A stretch of DNA of 63,620 nt, counting the filler, from Octopus bimaculoides (lineage: Eukaryota), in assembly GCF_001194135.2 (NCBI RefSeq). It is 5 parts of 5 records of this genome, joined end to end, with 100 filler letters (N's around TTAATTAATTAA, not from the genome) between each part and the next. Parts side by side here need not be neighbours in the genome. Positions count along the whole stretch, not along the records: positions 1 to 17,709 come from NC_069008.1; positions 17,810 to 30,650 come from NC_068983.1; 3 more parts are not named here. One strand, 5' to 3'. The position numbers and the translations under genes are program-made. Position 1 is the first letter of the stretch. Every line of letters begins with the position of its first letter. Positions 10,752 to 22,804 of the stretch are shown here, piece by piece. The notes under the pieces were generated by a model. It had not been told where the DNA came from. It worked only from the letters and a program-made list of their open reading frames with translations, and searched no databases.

Positions 10752-12860
10752 GGGATAGTTGGGACAGCTATGTATGGGAGAGTTGAGCAGTGTCCCAACT
10801 CTCCCTTTATTAATGCGTGGTGAAAAAACAATTTTAACCTGTTAATTTTACTTCCTGTGATAAATAGCAAAATCTCTGGTAGCTTTCAATGAGTTGTGTT
10901 TGCTTTTGAGTTTAAGTGCCTTGAAGCTAAACTGCATAGGGTTTCAATTCAACATAAAGGATTAAATTTTAATCTACCTGCCTTTATACTGGCTAAAATT
11001 TGCACATGTATTGACTTTTTCAGATGCCTCGGAAATATGTCTGGATGACCAATTGTGGGGCTGCAGAGGACGATTTAAGTAGGGCCAGAGATCACATCAG
11101 GGAAGGATACAGTATCCATGCTGCTGCTAAAGATTTTAATACAGTAAGAATCACACTAAAAAGACATATAGCCAAATGCAATCAACAAAATGACAAGCAA
11201 AATAAAGCGTTTGGGTATAAAAATTACAGGATAAAAAATATGACATTTTCATCAGAGATGGAAGCTGAGTTATTGGCTGACAAAGAATTAGCCGAGCACA
11301 AAATAAATGCCGTGAGGTGATAGTGGAATATGCATTAAGAAACAATCTTACGATCCCTGATTCTTGGCAACAAAATGGAATGACTGGTGAACATTTTTGG
11401 ATATCCTTTAAAGAAAGAAACCATCTAGCAATTCGAACACCAGAGACTACATCTCTTGCTAGAGCAAGTGGTTTCAATCGTTATAATGTTGGCAAGTTTT
11501 ACGACAACTTAAAGAGTGTTATGGATCTGCACAAGTTTGATTGCCATGACATTTATAATGCAGATGAAACTGGGTGCACAGCTGTGCAGCAACCTGAAAA
11601 TGTTATTGCTACACAGGGACTGAAACAAGTAGGATCTATAACTTCCAGAGAGAGAGGACAACTTGTAACAGTCGTGTATGCAGTTAATACAACAGGAAGT
11701 GTTGTTCCACCACTGCTGTTCTTCCCATGAAAACACAATAGGGATTATTTTATCCAAGTGGTCCTGCAGGTGGTATCAGAGGAGCCAATTCCAGTGGTTG
11801 GATTAATGAAGATCTGTTTGTGACTTATCTAAAACACTTTATAGCCTACACCAGGTGCAGCAAAGAGAAGAAAGTGTTGCTAATTTTGGACAATCATGAA
11901 ACTCATGTGTCTCTTGCAGCTATTGACTTGACCAAGAAAAATTGGATGATATTATTAACAATCCCACCTCACACAAGCCACAAGCTCCAACCATTGGATG
12001 TGAGCTGCTATAAGCCATTCAAGACAGCATATATTCAAGCAGTTGATAATAGGAAAGTCCAGAAAGTCAATTACAATATATGACATTCCTGAGTTTGTTT
12101 CACATGCTCAGATACATGGTCTTACTGCTCAAAACATTATCTCTGGGTTTCAACGAATGGGAATCTATCCCTTTAACCAAGATGTATTCTATGAGACAGA
12201 GTTTGCACCTGCAGTAGTAACAGATCGAGATCTTCCAGCATCATCTTATGAAAACCAAGCAGATATTCTCAAATCAAGTTTTAAAGAAACACCTGTTTCT
12301 TATTCAATGACAGAGTCACCCGACATTTCACAGGAACCATCAACTTCCACTGAAACTGCTAATCTGAATGTTGAACGATGTGGAGTTCTCAATGCTTCAA
12401 AATTAAAATACAAATCATTTATATATAGTTATGTAAGTGTTTCATCTCACTTTCTTCTACTTGTTTCAGTCATTTGACTGTGGCCATGCTGGAGCACTGC
12501 CTTTAGTCGAGCAAATCTTTGTAAGCCTAGTACTTATTCTATTGGTCTATTTTGATGAACTGCTAAGTTACAGGGACGTAAACACACCAGCATCATTTGT
12601 GAAGCGATGTTTGGGGGGACAAACACACACAAACATATACACACACATACATACATATATATATGNNNNNNNNNNNNNNNNNNNNNNNNNNNNNNNNNNN
12701 NNNNNNNNNNNNNNNNNNNNNNNNNNNNNNNNNNNNNNNNNNNNNNNNNNNNNNNNNNNNNNNNNNNNNNNNNNNNNNNNNNNNNNNNNNNNNNNNNNNN
12801 NNNNNNNNNNNNNNNNNNNNNNNNNNNNNNNNNNNNNNNNNNNNNNNNNNNNNNNNNNNN

Positions 12861-12899
<39 letters not shown>

Positions 12900-13141
12900 G
12901 ATATATATATATATGATGGGCCTCTTTCAGTTTCCATCTACCAAATCTACTCACAAGGCTTTGATCAGCTTGAGGCTATAGTAGAAAACACTTGCCCAAG
13001 GTGCCACGCAGTGGGACTGAAACCAGAACCGTGTGGTTGGGAGGCAAGCTACTTACCACATAACCACTCCTGCACCTATCTTAGCATACAATCAATTAAA
13101 ATATCACTTATCCCAGGTTCCCCTGTGTCCCAACTCTCCCC
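10752..13141 (+). mobile_element. pogo-like (Tc1/mariner superfamily) DNA transposon with a decayed DD35D transposase
   Basis: Fragments 11024-11320, 11317-11730 and 11820-12083 give an HTH-like N-terminus, IYNADETG, LILDNH and QPLDVS, with 35 residues between the last two Asp. TIR-like ends are TA|GGGATAGTTGGGACA and TGTCCCAACTCTCCCC|TA. Confidence 0.85.
12451..13078 (-). mobile_element. CORE-type tRNA SINE inserted inside the pogo element (internal gap)
   Basis: Head GCAGGAGTGGTTATGTGGTAAG, CORE-like CCTTGGGCAAGTG and tail CCAGCATGGCC...GAAACAAG on the minus strand. Confidence 0.85.
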
Positions 13142-13389
13142 TATATATGTCCTAACTCACACCATCCCCTGAGAGGGTTGGGTGAAATCACTACCCTTTA
13201 AAAAGTGTGCTCTTGTTGTTTCAGTTTACACCCATTTGAAACTATATCCCTGGCATATATACGTTACAAGTCTTTGAATGTTACAAGTTGGTAAAGAATT
13301 CTTTCTTATGCACAGAGAATCCATAGCATATTGAAATGTAAAAAATGATCCAACTCTCCCAAGCTTCCCATATTGGACAAGAAATGCTG

Positions 13390-15090
13390 CTCAAAGAGTT
13401 GCTTTCCAAGTCTTATGGTATTATCAGCCTCATGGATGCAAACTTGGTCAAAGAATGCATTTTGACACTTGGTGGTTAAAAGATGTTACCGAAGGAATAT
13501 GATACAACATTCAAAGGTAGTCTGGGTTGATGCTAAGCCTCTGCCCTTTGTTTTCGTTTTAGGTAGAAGCAGTCTATGTCACTGTTGATGTGAAAATTAT
13601 GTGTGCTGGTTAGTATCTTCTGGGTTTTCACATCAATAGCTTGGATCTCATCGAACATCCAATCAAGCAGCCCAAATGCCGGTATGAGTACTGGCACTGC
13701 AAACACATTGTGGACTACCGTTTTATTGAATGCAGAGAGTTCTAAGGTTCATATTTTCTTTACTCGGCTGTAATATTCTTTAGTGATGCACGTCTTGTTA
13801 CAGGTGTCATTGTAAAATATGTTTTTATCTACCACTAGACACCTGCAACATTCCTCGTCAGATAGAGGGGAAACAATAAAGTCATTGATGGAGTTGTTAG
13901 TCTGGTTTACAGTTTTCCCTTTTCACAACCATATAGCAACATTTATCCTGACTAAACTCCAACCCTATATCCTTTAAGAGTGTTGTAACCTGGTCAAAGC
14001 TCTTTTTCATCTCATGCATATTCTTCACATGGAGTTTCAAGTCATCCACAAAGAAACAGTGTGTAATTTTGGTATTTCTGTTTCCTAATGAACCAATGAG
14101 ATATCCTTCAGATTTCCTTGGCATGAATGACAAGGGTGTTACAGAAAATATAAACAACATAACAGAGAGGCTGATCCCTTGGAATATACCTTTATGATAG
14201 TGTATTCTATCAGTGACAATACAATCACTCCTTGTATTTAACTTCAAGATGGTGGTCCATAGTTAAATCAGGTCAGCTATGACTTTCACTGTTCTCACTG
14301 GAACTTTAGCAAGTTGAAAGGCTTCTAGCATCCATAAGTAGGGGACAGAGTCAAAGGCTTCCTTGAAATGAGATTCCTCCTATGCTCCTGCATCTCTGAC
14401 ATTACAGTTTTGTTGATTAACAATTGCTCGACACATCCCCAGCCTCTCTTTTTCCCAACTGCTTGTTCTGCTGTGATGGTGTTATTACTTTCACAATGGT
14501 CTTGGAGGAAAAAGCTTAAACATGCTGTATATATTTTATACATTGAGTTCTAGCATGTAATTGGCCAGTAGCTTTTTGCCATGTGGGTGGTTTTGTATTT
14601 GGGAATCAGTTTTGTCTCTGCTAGAGTTAACCAGTATGGTATGCTACAGTTCCCATTGAGAGCTTGCTTTTACAGGTTGAAAAGTTATGGTCAGTAGGTT
14701 AGCTTCTTGAACCAGTATCCAACAATCAAATCTCTTCTACGTGATTTTCCTTCTTGAAGTTTCTGGATCACAGTTACAAGGGTATCACCATCAATGCTGT
14801 ATGTTTTGGGTGTAATGCAGGGACAATAACTTCTTCAAATTTCTTCCAGCCACAGAGCATCTTCACTCCAGATTTTCCTCCAGGAGTCTATGTCTTCTAT
14901 GATGTCTTTGAACACTGCTGCCTGGTTCTCGTTAAAGTTTTTCTTTATTGTTTTTCTATTGGTTATTCTCTTCTGATATCATAACTTCTCACTGACAACC
15001 ATTAACTCCTGCTTGAGGGTGATCAGTTTGCAAGTGAGTATCCTCTTTATACTATCTCCAAACAACACTTCTATTTCCTTCTTCATTTTT
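13390..15090 (-). mobile_element. R4/Dong-like LINE reverse transcriptase region, decayed
   Basis: Contains GCVEQLLINK, GIFQGISLS, HCFFVDDLKL and a GRGL motif downstream. Confidence 0.85.
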
Positions 15091-15199
15091 TGTTGGTGAG
15101 ACGTTTGTGTGTATGTGTGTGTGTGTGCTTGTGTGTGTGTGTGCTTGTGTGTGTGTGTACATATATACTATTTTATGAAAGCTGATAAAATTCTTCACA

Positions 15200-15241
15200 A
15201 ACTGTTACTCAGAGTTTTACATGATCATTCATCAGACAGTT
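15200..15241 (-). ncRNA. Minimal type-I hammerhead ribozyme motif (Penelope-type, dimer-dependent) with a core mutation
   Basis: AACUGU-CUGAUGA-AUGAUCAUGU-AAAA-CUCUGAGU-A-ACAGUU: 6-bp helix I, perfect CUGAUGA, quasi-palindromic helix III and a GUA cleavage triplet. GAAA reads AAAA. Confidence 0.65.
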
Positions 15242-15499
15242 GCGATAATAGGGAATAATTAAATAATTAAATTATGTGAGTATGTATAACATATACAGTC
15301 TTTGGTGAAAGAAACATGTTTCTGGCTAGAATCCAACTCAAACTCCATTGGTAAGAAATTTCAAAAATTATACCAAGAACAAATATACATTCATAAATGC
15401 TTGAATACATATAGAAATGCGTGTGTGCCATTGCTAGTTATTAATCAGACAGAAGCAACAGATGAGAGAGTAGAACAAATAACTGCATATTATCACCAC

Positions 15500-16198
15500 A
15501 ACTACTGCCAATGCTGTCACAACCATCAGTACTACAACCACCATTATCACTACTACTGACACTACGACAACCACCAATGGTTATGGTAGCCATAACCATT
15601 ATAACTACTATAATCACCACTACAATGACCATCATCACTACTATCATCATCAACCCCACCAGAAGTAGTAAATATATAGAATAGCAGTAATGAATATGAA
15701 TGTCTGCAACAAAATACTACCAGAATCAGCCACAAAACCAAAACACAAAAATAAAACAACAAAAGCAACAATAACAAAAACAACACTAAAATATATGTAA
15801 TAAACTGATAAGAATCAATTGATTCCATTTCTGTAATTAAGAAAACAACGTCAACGATAACGACAGTAGAAGTAGCAGCAATAACAACAAGAAGAAGATA
15901 TTATGTGATAAGCAAGTGTTGATACCATTTCTATAATTAAGAAAACTGTACCAACAACAACAACAACAGTGTGAAATGTCCATAAATGGAGAAAATCCAA
16001 TATCAGGATGACTTCACTGTAAATCTTGTGAGTTTGTCTGTGTATATAGTAAACATGTATATGTGTGGAATGAGTGTGTGTGTATGCATAGCATGTGTAT
16101 GTGTATATATATACACACACACACATGTATACACACATGTATATACATATACATACATACACAAACACACACACGCATACACACACACACACACACAA

Positions 16199-16240
<42 letters not shown>
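15500..16240. repeat. Low-complexity (CAC/AAC/TAC)n tracts and (TA)n/(CA)n microsatellites
   Basis: Seen directly. Confidence 0.85.
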
Positions 16241-16242
<2 letters not shown>

Positions 16243-16249
16243 ACATACA

Positions 16250-16403
16250 CATACGTGGTTATGTGGTAAGTAGCTTACTTACGAACCACATGGTTCCGGG
16301 TTCAGTCCCACTGTGTGGCACCTTGGGCAAGTGACTTCTACTATAGCCTCGGACCGACCAAAGCCTTTGAGTGGATTTGGTAGATGGAAACTGAAAGAAG
16401 CCC
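16250..16403 (+). mobile_element. CORE-type SINE head, runs into a gap
   Basis: GTGGTTATGTGGTAAGTAGC...GGTTCAGTCCC...CCTTGGGCAAG. Confidence 0.85.
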
Positions 16404-17167
16404 NNNNNNNNNNNNNNNNNNNNNNNNNNNNNNNNNNNNNNNNNNNNNNNNNNNNNNNNNNNNNNNNNNNNNNNNNNNNNNNNNNNNNNNNNNNNNNNNN
16501 NNNNNNNNNNNNNNNNNNNNNNNNNNNNNNNNNNNNNNNNNNNNNNNNNNNNNNNNNNNNNNNNNNNNNNNNNNNNNNNNNNNNNNNNNNNNNNNNNNNN
16601 NNNNNNNNNNNNNNNNNNNNNNNNNNNNNNNNNNNNNNNNNNNNNNNNNNNNNNNNNNNNNNNNNNNNNNNNNNNNNNNNNNNNNNNNNNNNNNNNNNNN
16701 NNNNNNNNNNNNNNNNNNNNNNNNNNNNNNNNNNNNNNNNNNNNNNNNNNNNNNNNNNNNNNNNNNNNNNNNNNNNNNNNNNNNNNNNNNNNNNNNNNNN
16801 NNNNNNNNNNNNNNNNNNNNNNNNNNNNNNNNNNNNNNNNNNNNNNNNNNNNNNNNNNNNNNNNNNNNNNNNNNNNNNNNNNNNNNNNNNNNNNNNNNNN
16901 NNNNNNNNNNNNNNNNNNNNNNNNNNNNNNNNNNNNNNNNNNNNNNNNNNNNNNNNNNNNNNNNNNNNNNNNNNNNNNNNNNNNNNNNNNNNNNNNNNNN
17001 NNNNNNNNNNNNNNNNNNNNNNNNNNNNNNNNNNNNNNNNNNNNNNNNNNNNNNNNNNNNNNNNNNNNNNNNNNNNNNNNNNNNNNNNNNNNNNNNNNNN
17101 NNNNNNNNNNNNNNNNNNNNNNNNNNNNNNNNNNNTATATATATATATATATTTAAAAATTTTTTTT

Positions 17168-17215
<48 letters not shown>

Positions 17216-17305
17216 TGTCCATAAATATATTTCATGAATACATATACATGTATACATATACATATATATATATACACACACACATATACATAGATATATA
17301 CATAC

Positions 17306-17401
17306 TGCGTGGCACCTTGGGCAAGTGTCTTCTACTATAGCCTCAGGTTGACCAAAGCCTTGTGAGTGGATTTGGTAGACGGAAACTGAAAGAAACTCAT
17401 C

Positions 17402-17442
<41 letters not shown>

Positions 17443-17640
17443 TGTGTGTTTGTCTCCCCCACCGCTTGACAACCGATGCTGATGTATTTATGTCCCTGTA
17501 ACTTAGCGGTTCAACAAAAGAGGCCAATAGAATAAGTACTAAGCTAACAAAGAATAATTCCTGGGATTGATTTGCTCAACTAAAGGTGATGCTCCAGCAT
17601 GGCCACAGTCAAATGACAAACAAGTAAAAGAATAAAAGAA
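17306..17640 (+). mobile_element. CORE-type SINE body and tail with internal (TG)n
   Basis: Same family as the other copies; ends AAGTAAAAGAATAAAAGAA. Confidence 0.85.
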
Positions 17641-17671
17641 CATATACATACATATATATAAATATATACAC

Positions 17672-17709
<38 letters not shown>

Positions 17710-17753
17710 NNNNNNNNNNNNNNNNNNNNNNNNNNNNNNNNNNNNNNNNNNNN

Positions 17754-17765
17754 TTAATTAATTAA
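17754..17765. other. Artificial scaffolding linker TTAATTAATTAA (also at 30695-30706, 44306-44317 and 60195-60206)
   Basis: Each is flanked by exactly 44 N per side (100 bp total). It is a palindrome with stop codons in all six frames. Confidence 0.95.
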
Positions 17766-17858
17766 NNNNNNNNNNNNNNNNNNNNNNNNNNNNNNNNNNN
17801 NNNNNNNNNGCGCTCGGTAGTGAAATGAAAGCACGTTATGAAAAGAAAACTACTGAAC

Positions 17859-17920
<62 letters not shown>

Positions 17921-17924
17921 TTAT

Positions 17925-18190
17925 AAATAAGCTTCTGATTTAAACTTGTCAATAGCCTGGATAGACTATAAAAAAGCTTGTGATATCCTGCCATATAGCT
18001 GGATTAAGAAATGTATGGAAATGTATAAAATAGCGCCTACTCTGCGAAACTTTTGTCTGTTAGTATGAGATAATGGAGAACCGCACTGACTTTGAACAGT
18101 GACACTGAATCTCTAAATGCTGGAGATGTAAACATTTCATGTGGCATTTCCCAGGGTCATCACTATTCTCACTCCTTCTTTGCCAGAAGA
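17925..18190 (+). mobile_element. R4/Dong-like RT fragment embedded between (AAT)n arrays
   Basis: NLSIAWIDYKKACDILPYSWI and ISCGISQG remnants; (AAT)n at about 17860-17918 and 18250-18315. Confidence 0.75.
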
Positions 18191-18248
18191 AATTGTCTCG
18201 AATAAGCAATGCCCCTTTGTAGCACTGCTAAGCTAAAAAACTTTTGGA

Positions 18249-18310
<62 letters not shown>

Positions 18311-18329
18311 TAATAACAAGAGCAGTCAG

Positions 18330-18640
18330 AGAGGGCAAACCTCTTACAAGGCAATACCAACGTCCTCTCAATGATTAGCCAGAGATGATTTTAAAAATGA
18401 GAATATCTTAAATAATGTAGACTGCTCTCACAAACGAGAATACTAAAAATGAACCCGGGAAAAATAATCCAGAATCCTTGTTCAGTACCGGATCGATCCC
18501 AAAATCTAATCAGTTAGTGCCAATTACGAGGCCAAACGTACTTGAAAGTTTCATCCGTATCCATTCAGCAGTGCTTGAGATATCTTGTCCATGGACAAAC
18601 AAGCAAGCAAACAATACATCGACTTTCGCTAAGGTGGAGG
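18330..18640. mobile_element. Possible non-autonomous Helentron/HINE-like repeat
   Basis: The string GATCCCAAAATCTAATCAGTT...AAAGTTTCATCCGTATCCATTCAG...GAGATATC...ACAAACAAGCAAGC resembles invertebrate HINE interiors; termini not resolved. Confidence 0.3.
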
Positions 18641-20714
18641 TAACAATTATTATTATTATTGATATGTTAAGTTTAATAAAGCGATTAACCGTAAGGTTTC
18701 GGCAAGGTTTTTCACTTTTAAACACATCGTTCATTCCGCAGGCATAACAGCGTTCATATATACATATATATATGTATAAGATTACTTTACCCAATACATC
18801 TTTATTCCTTCTTTTTAAAAACTGTTTATAACAATCTGAGCAAGTGTATGTAATTTTTCAAGTAAATTTAACAAATACTTGTAAAAAAGATCATACCTAA
18901 TTTTAACTTCGATCCTGATGTTAAAATATCTAAATGGTGATAGCTTCTTCCAAACTTCTCTCATATATTTCATATATTATACAAGTGTATTGGAAACAAT
19001 ATTATCATTAGCATTCTAGATATAGTTGAAATAGATGTTCAGTTATATAATCAAAGATATATCCCTTCCACGCCATCATATTCATGATAGTGCCTGTCCT
19101 GCATCGTTAAATTGTGTATAAGTTTTTTTTAAGAATCGCATTAAAGAATATTATGAATTAAGCCTTCAGGTACATTTCTGGTTGATTATAGTTGAGATTC
19201 TCTTCAGGGCTTGGTTTGATATCAAATATCATATTGAATTATTTCTTCAGTAATACATAAGCACGTATTTCATATTGATGAAGGCTTTGTTATCTGATAC
19301 AGAACCGCCAAATGTATACAAATACTCCCAAAATATAATTTTTTCTATCACATTTGTTTATATTCATTTCATAGAGATTCCTAAATTTAAGATTTGATCT
19401 CGTACAATAATGAATTGTTTTCAAGTTCTGCGTCTACAACGTTTCTACATGCTTTCGTTTCAAATTTGCTAGTCCTATGCCTTATCTAACAAAAGACATT
19501 TAATGAGCAATAAGATGTTTGACAGTGGAGATTTCCTAAAAGGCATTTATTCATTTACATTTTCTGTAAGTTTTTTTAATGTACATTTTGGCATTAACAT
19601 GAGTTACTAATATTCCGATTTCTATTTTTATGAACTTAAATGAAGTGGATGTTGTATAAATCAATGATGATTTTTCTGTAAAACTACTTAGTACAGTGAT
19701 GCGCTTCTTAATCGTACTTTCCTATCTATGAGACTATCTGTCAATAACTATCTATCTTTCCTTTCTGCAAGCAGTGGCAACGCGATGCTTGCATATACCT
19801 TCAAATATATAACATGAACGGAAATAAAAATAAGGATTTCAAGGTCAGCGTTGGTACTTTAAATCTAATCTAATGCTGACATTCTACAAAGTTCAAGAGC
19901 GTTCTATATAAGAGAATTTGGTGAAACATCTAAGAATACTTCTGTTCAAGTTCTAACATACTGGACAGCTTCTAGAGGGATATCTGCATACTTACTAACA
20001 TGCTCAAATCGTTTGCTACAGACACTCTCGTTTATCCTTTAACTATATATCGTTCTATTATAACAGTCTTTAACGTTCAGAGTTTCGCTGCTGGATACCG
20101 ACTCCGAATTGTCAAATCAAAAATCGATTTTATTCCTCATATCGTTTTCTCAGTGTATTACCTCATATCCAATAATGGAGATCTAAACTATGATCTCCGT
20201 GATCCCCTCATGCAAATTCTACAATCCTCAAATAATCTCTCACAAATTTTCATTTCTCTGCAGACATAAATAAATGTGTCTTGAAAATGAGCGCTGAGCG
20301 CATCGATCTTTTCAGATTTGTTTATTAAAAAGAAAACGTGAATACTGCTCATGATAGAAATAATAGATTTTAAAACATGTATTTCCGTATAATGCTTCAT
20401 TAATACGTTTCAGTTAATTACTCAAATGTAAGGAACATCAAGTTAATGTTTCTTGTAGATAATGTAAACACTTGATTATGGAGGATAGAGCTGTGTTTTA
20501 CTATCTCATCTAAGGTAACAGAATCGACTGTGAAACATACTAAATGATGTTAGGTTGTTATTCAAATCTTGTACTGCTATGTACTGCGGTCCATAAAATA
20601 AGTTTAAATCAAGTGCAATTGGAAATAGCGGACTAAGTAAGCATCTACCTCTCCAAAATCATTACATGACACTGAGGCGATATAAATACTCAATACATCG
20701 CCCAATATATCACA

Positions 20715-21170
20715 CAAGTTTGGCCAAAGGCTAACAATTTCGAAGGAATGGGGTAAATCGACTACTTTGAGCCCAGTGTTAAACTGGTACTCATTTAGTC
20801 GACCTCGAAACGATGAAAAGCAGAACTGACCTTGGTAGAACTAATCTTGGCAGAACTTGAAAACAGAACGTAAAAGACGGATGAAATGCCGCTAATCGTT
20901 TTGCCCGGTGTGCTAACGATTCTGTCGTACACCGTCCTAATGGGTCTCATATAATATTGGTTTCAAATTTTGGTACAAGGCCAGCATTTTTAAGGGAAAG
21001 TCCAAGTGGATTAAATTGATCCCAGTGCTCAGCTGCTATTTATTTCATCGACAACGATATAACGAAAAGCAAATTCAACGGAGTCGGCGGAATTTGAAAA
21101 GAGAACGGACGAAATGCCGCTAAGCATTTCGCTCAAAGTTGTAACAGTTCTGCCACTTCATCGCCTTAAT
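20715..21170 (-). mobile_element. Two adjacent degenerate copies of a second tRNA-derived SINE family
   Basis: Repeated blocks CCCAGTG(T/C)T...CTG(G/C)TA, GACG(G/A)A(T/C)GAAATGCCGCTAA and AACGATTCTG / AACAGTTCTG near 20770-20930 and 21020-21160. Confidence 0.6.
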
Positions 21171-22760
21171 GGATAACGTAATATTGCCCCGTTTAATATA
21201 TCAGAGTATCTAGGCATCCTTTGTACCCCAGTTCAAATTTCACGTGGAACGATTTTACTATTATTCATAGGTAAGGAAAGCTATTAGATTCCTCACTAAA
21301 CAAAGGCAACGAACTATTCTCTTCTGGTAGAATGATACGGATTGAACATAAAGTAGAATATAACAACAATAGTTATTTTTTCCGTACATTAATAATTTCT
21401 TATGATTAATCTTTTTCCGTGACGCTGACTTAAAGCGACTTATCAGAAAACATTGACATATGTGAATCTGCGCAGAGATATATACANNNNNNNNNNNNNN
21501 NNNNNNNNNNNNNNNNNNNNNNNNNNNNNNNNNNNNNNNNNNNNNNNNNNNNNNNNNNNNNNNNNNNNNNNNNNNNNNNNNNNNNNNNNNNNNNNNNNNN
21601 NNNNNNNNNNNNNNNNNNNNNNNNNNNNNNNNNNNNNNNNNNNNNNNNNNNNNNNNNNNNNNNNNNNNNNNNNNNNNNNNNNNNNNNNNNNNNNNNNNNN
21701 NNNNNNTATATATATATATATGTATGTATATATACATATATGTACGTAATATGATTGAGCAGGATTTTGTTGTTATACATACATGTGCATTTCACAATAG
21801 CCTTCTCTCTATTATTTATCACGGTTATACGGTTGATATTACATGTTTCAAGAGGGTTCTAGTTTTGAACGTATGCTATTATATCACTTCAGTGTTATGT
21901 GAGCGGAAGCTAAGAGAAAAATGCATCCTACTAAAACAATAAGAAAAAATTAAAAAGCCAATATAAATGAGATTTCTGATTTAATCCTCTCGATAAAACT
22001 ATAATGTCAGTGTTCGTAATCCATTGCCACATGAATGCACCATAACATATGAGAATATAAGAAAAAAATTATTATTGAAGAAAAAATTCCTATGAGACGT
22101 GGCTCGGAGAAATTCAATTACAGAACTATAGAACATCTTAATTCTTTAACCATGTGGTGAGGATCACGAATTACAGTGAATAATCTCCAAAGAAAACTGG
22201 AAAAGATGTGATATTTCAAAGTAAAGGAAGCATAATAACTCTTCAGTAGGCACTTCCTAAATGGATGATTGTAATTAGAGTGCTCAGTGTTTGTGTTTAA
22301 AGTACAGCAACTGTCCACATATTATATCATACCTGAACACGTGCTCCTGGCAGATTTCTTTGGAGTGGTTGTCTTTCTTCCGTAACTAAATGCAAACGTA
22401 CACACAATAGCACATATATTCAAATACACCTATAAACGTGTATATATATATATATATATATATATATNNNNNNNNNNNNNNNNNNNNNNNNNNNNNNNNN
22501 NNNNNNNNNNNNNNNNNNNNNNNNNNNNNNNNNNNNNNNNNNNNNNNNNNNNNNNNNNNNNNNNNNNNNNNNNNNNNNNNNNNNNNNNNNNNNNNNNNNN
22601 NNNNNNNNNNNNNNNNNNNNNNNNNNNNNNNNNNNNNNNNNNNNNNNNNNNNNNNNNNNNNNNNNNNNNNNNNNNNNNNNNNNNNNNNNNNNNNNNNNNN
22701 NNNNNNNNNNNNNNNNNNNNNNNNNNNNNNNNNNNNNNNNNNNNNNNNNNNNNNNNNNNN

Positions 22761-22804
<44 letters not shown>

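Noticed and set aside
19860-20400. Possible very old RT relic (KYADIPLEA on the minus strand)
   Set aside because: Only one weak motif; other RT motifs were not recoverable by eye.
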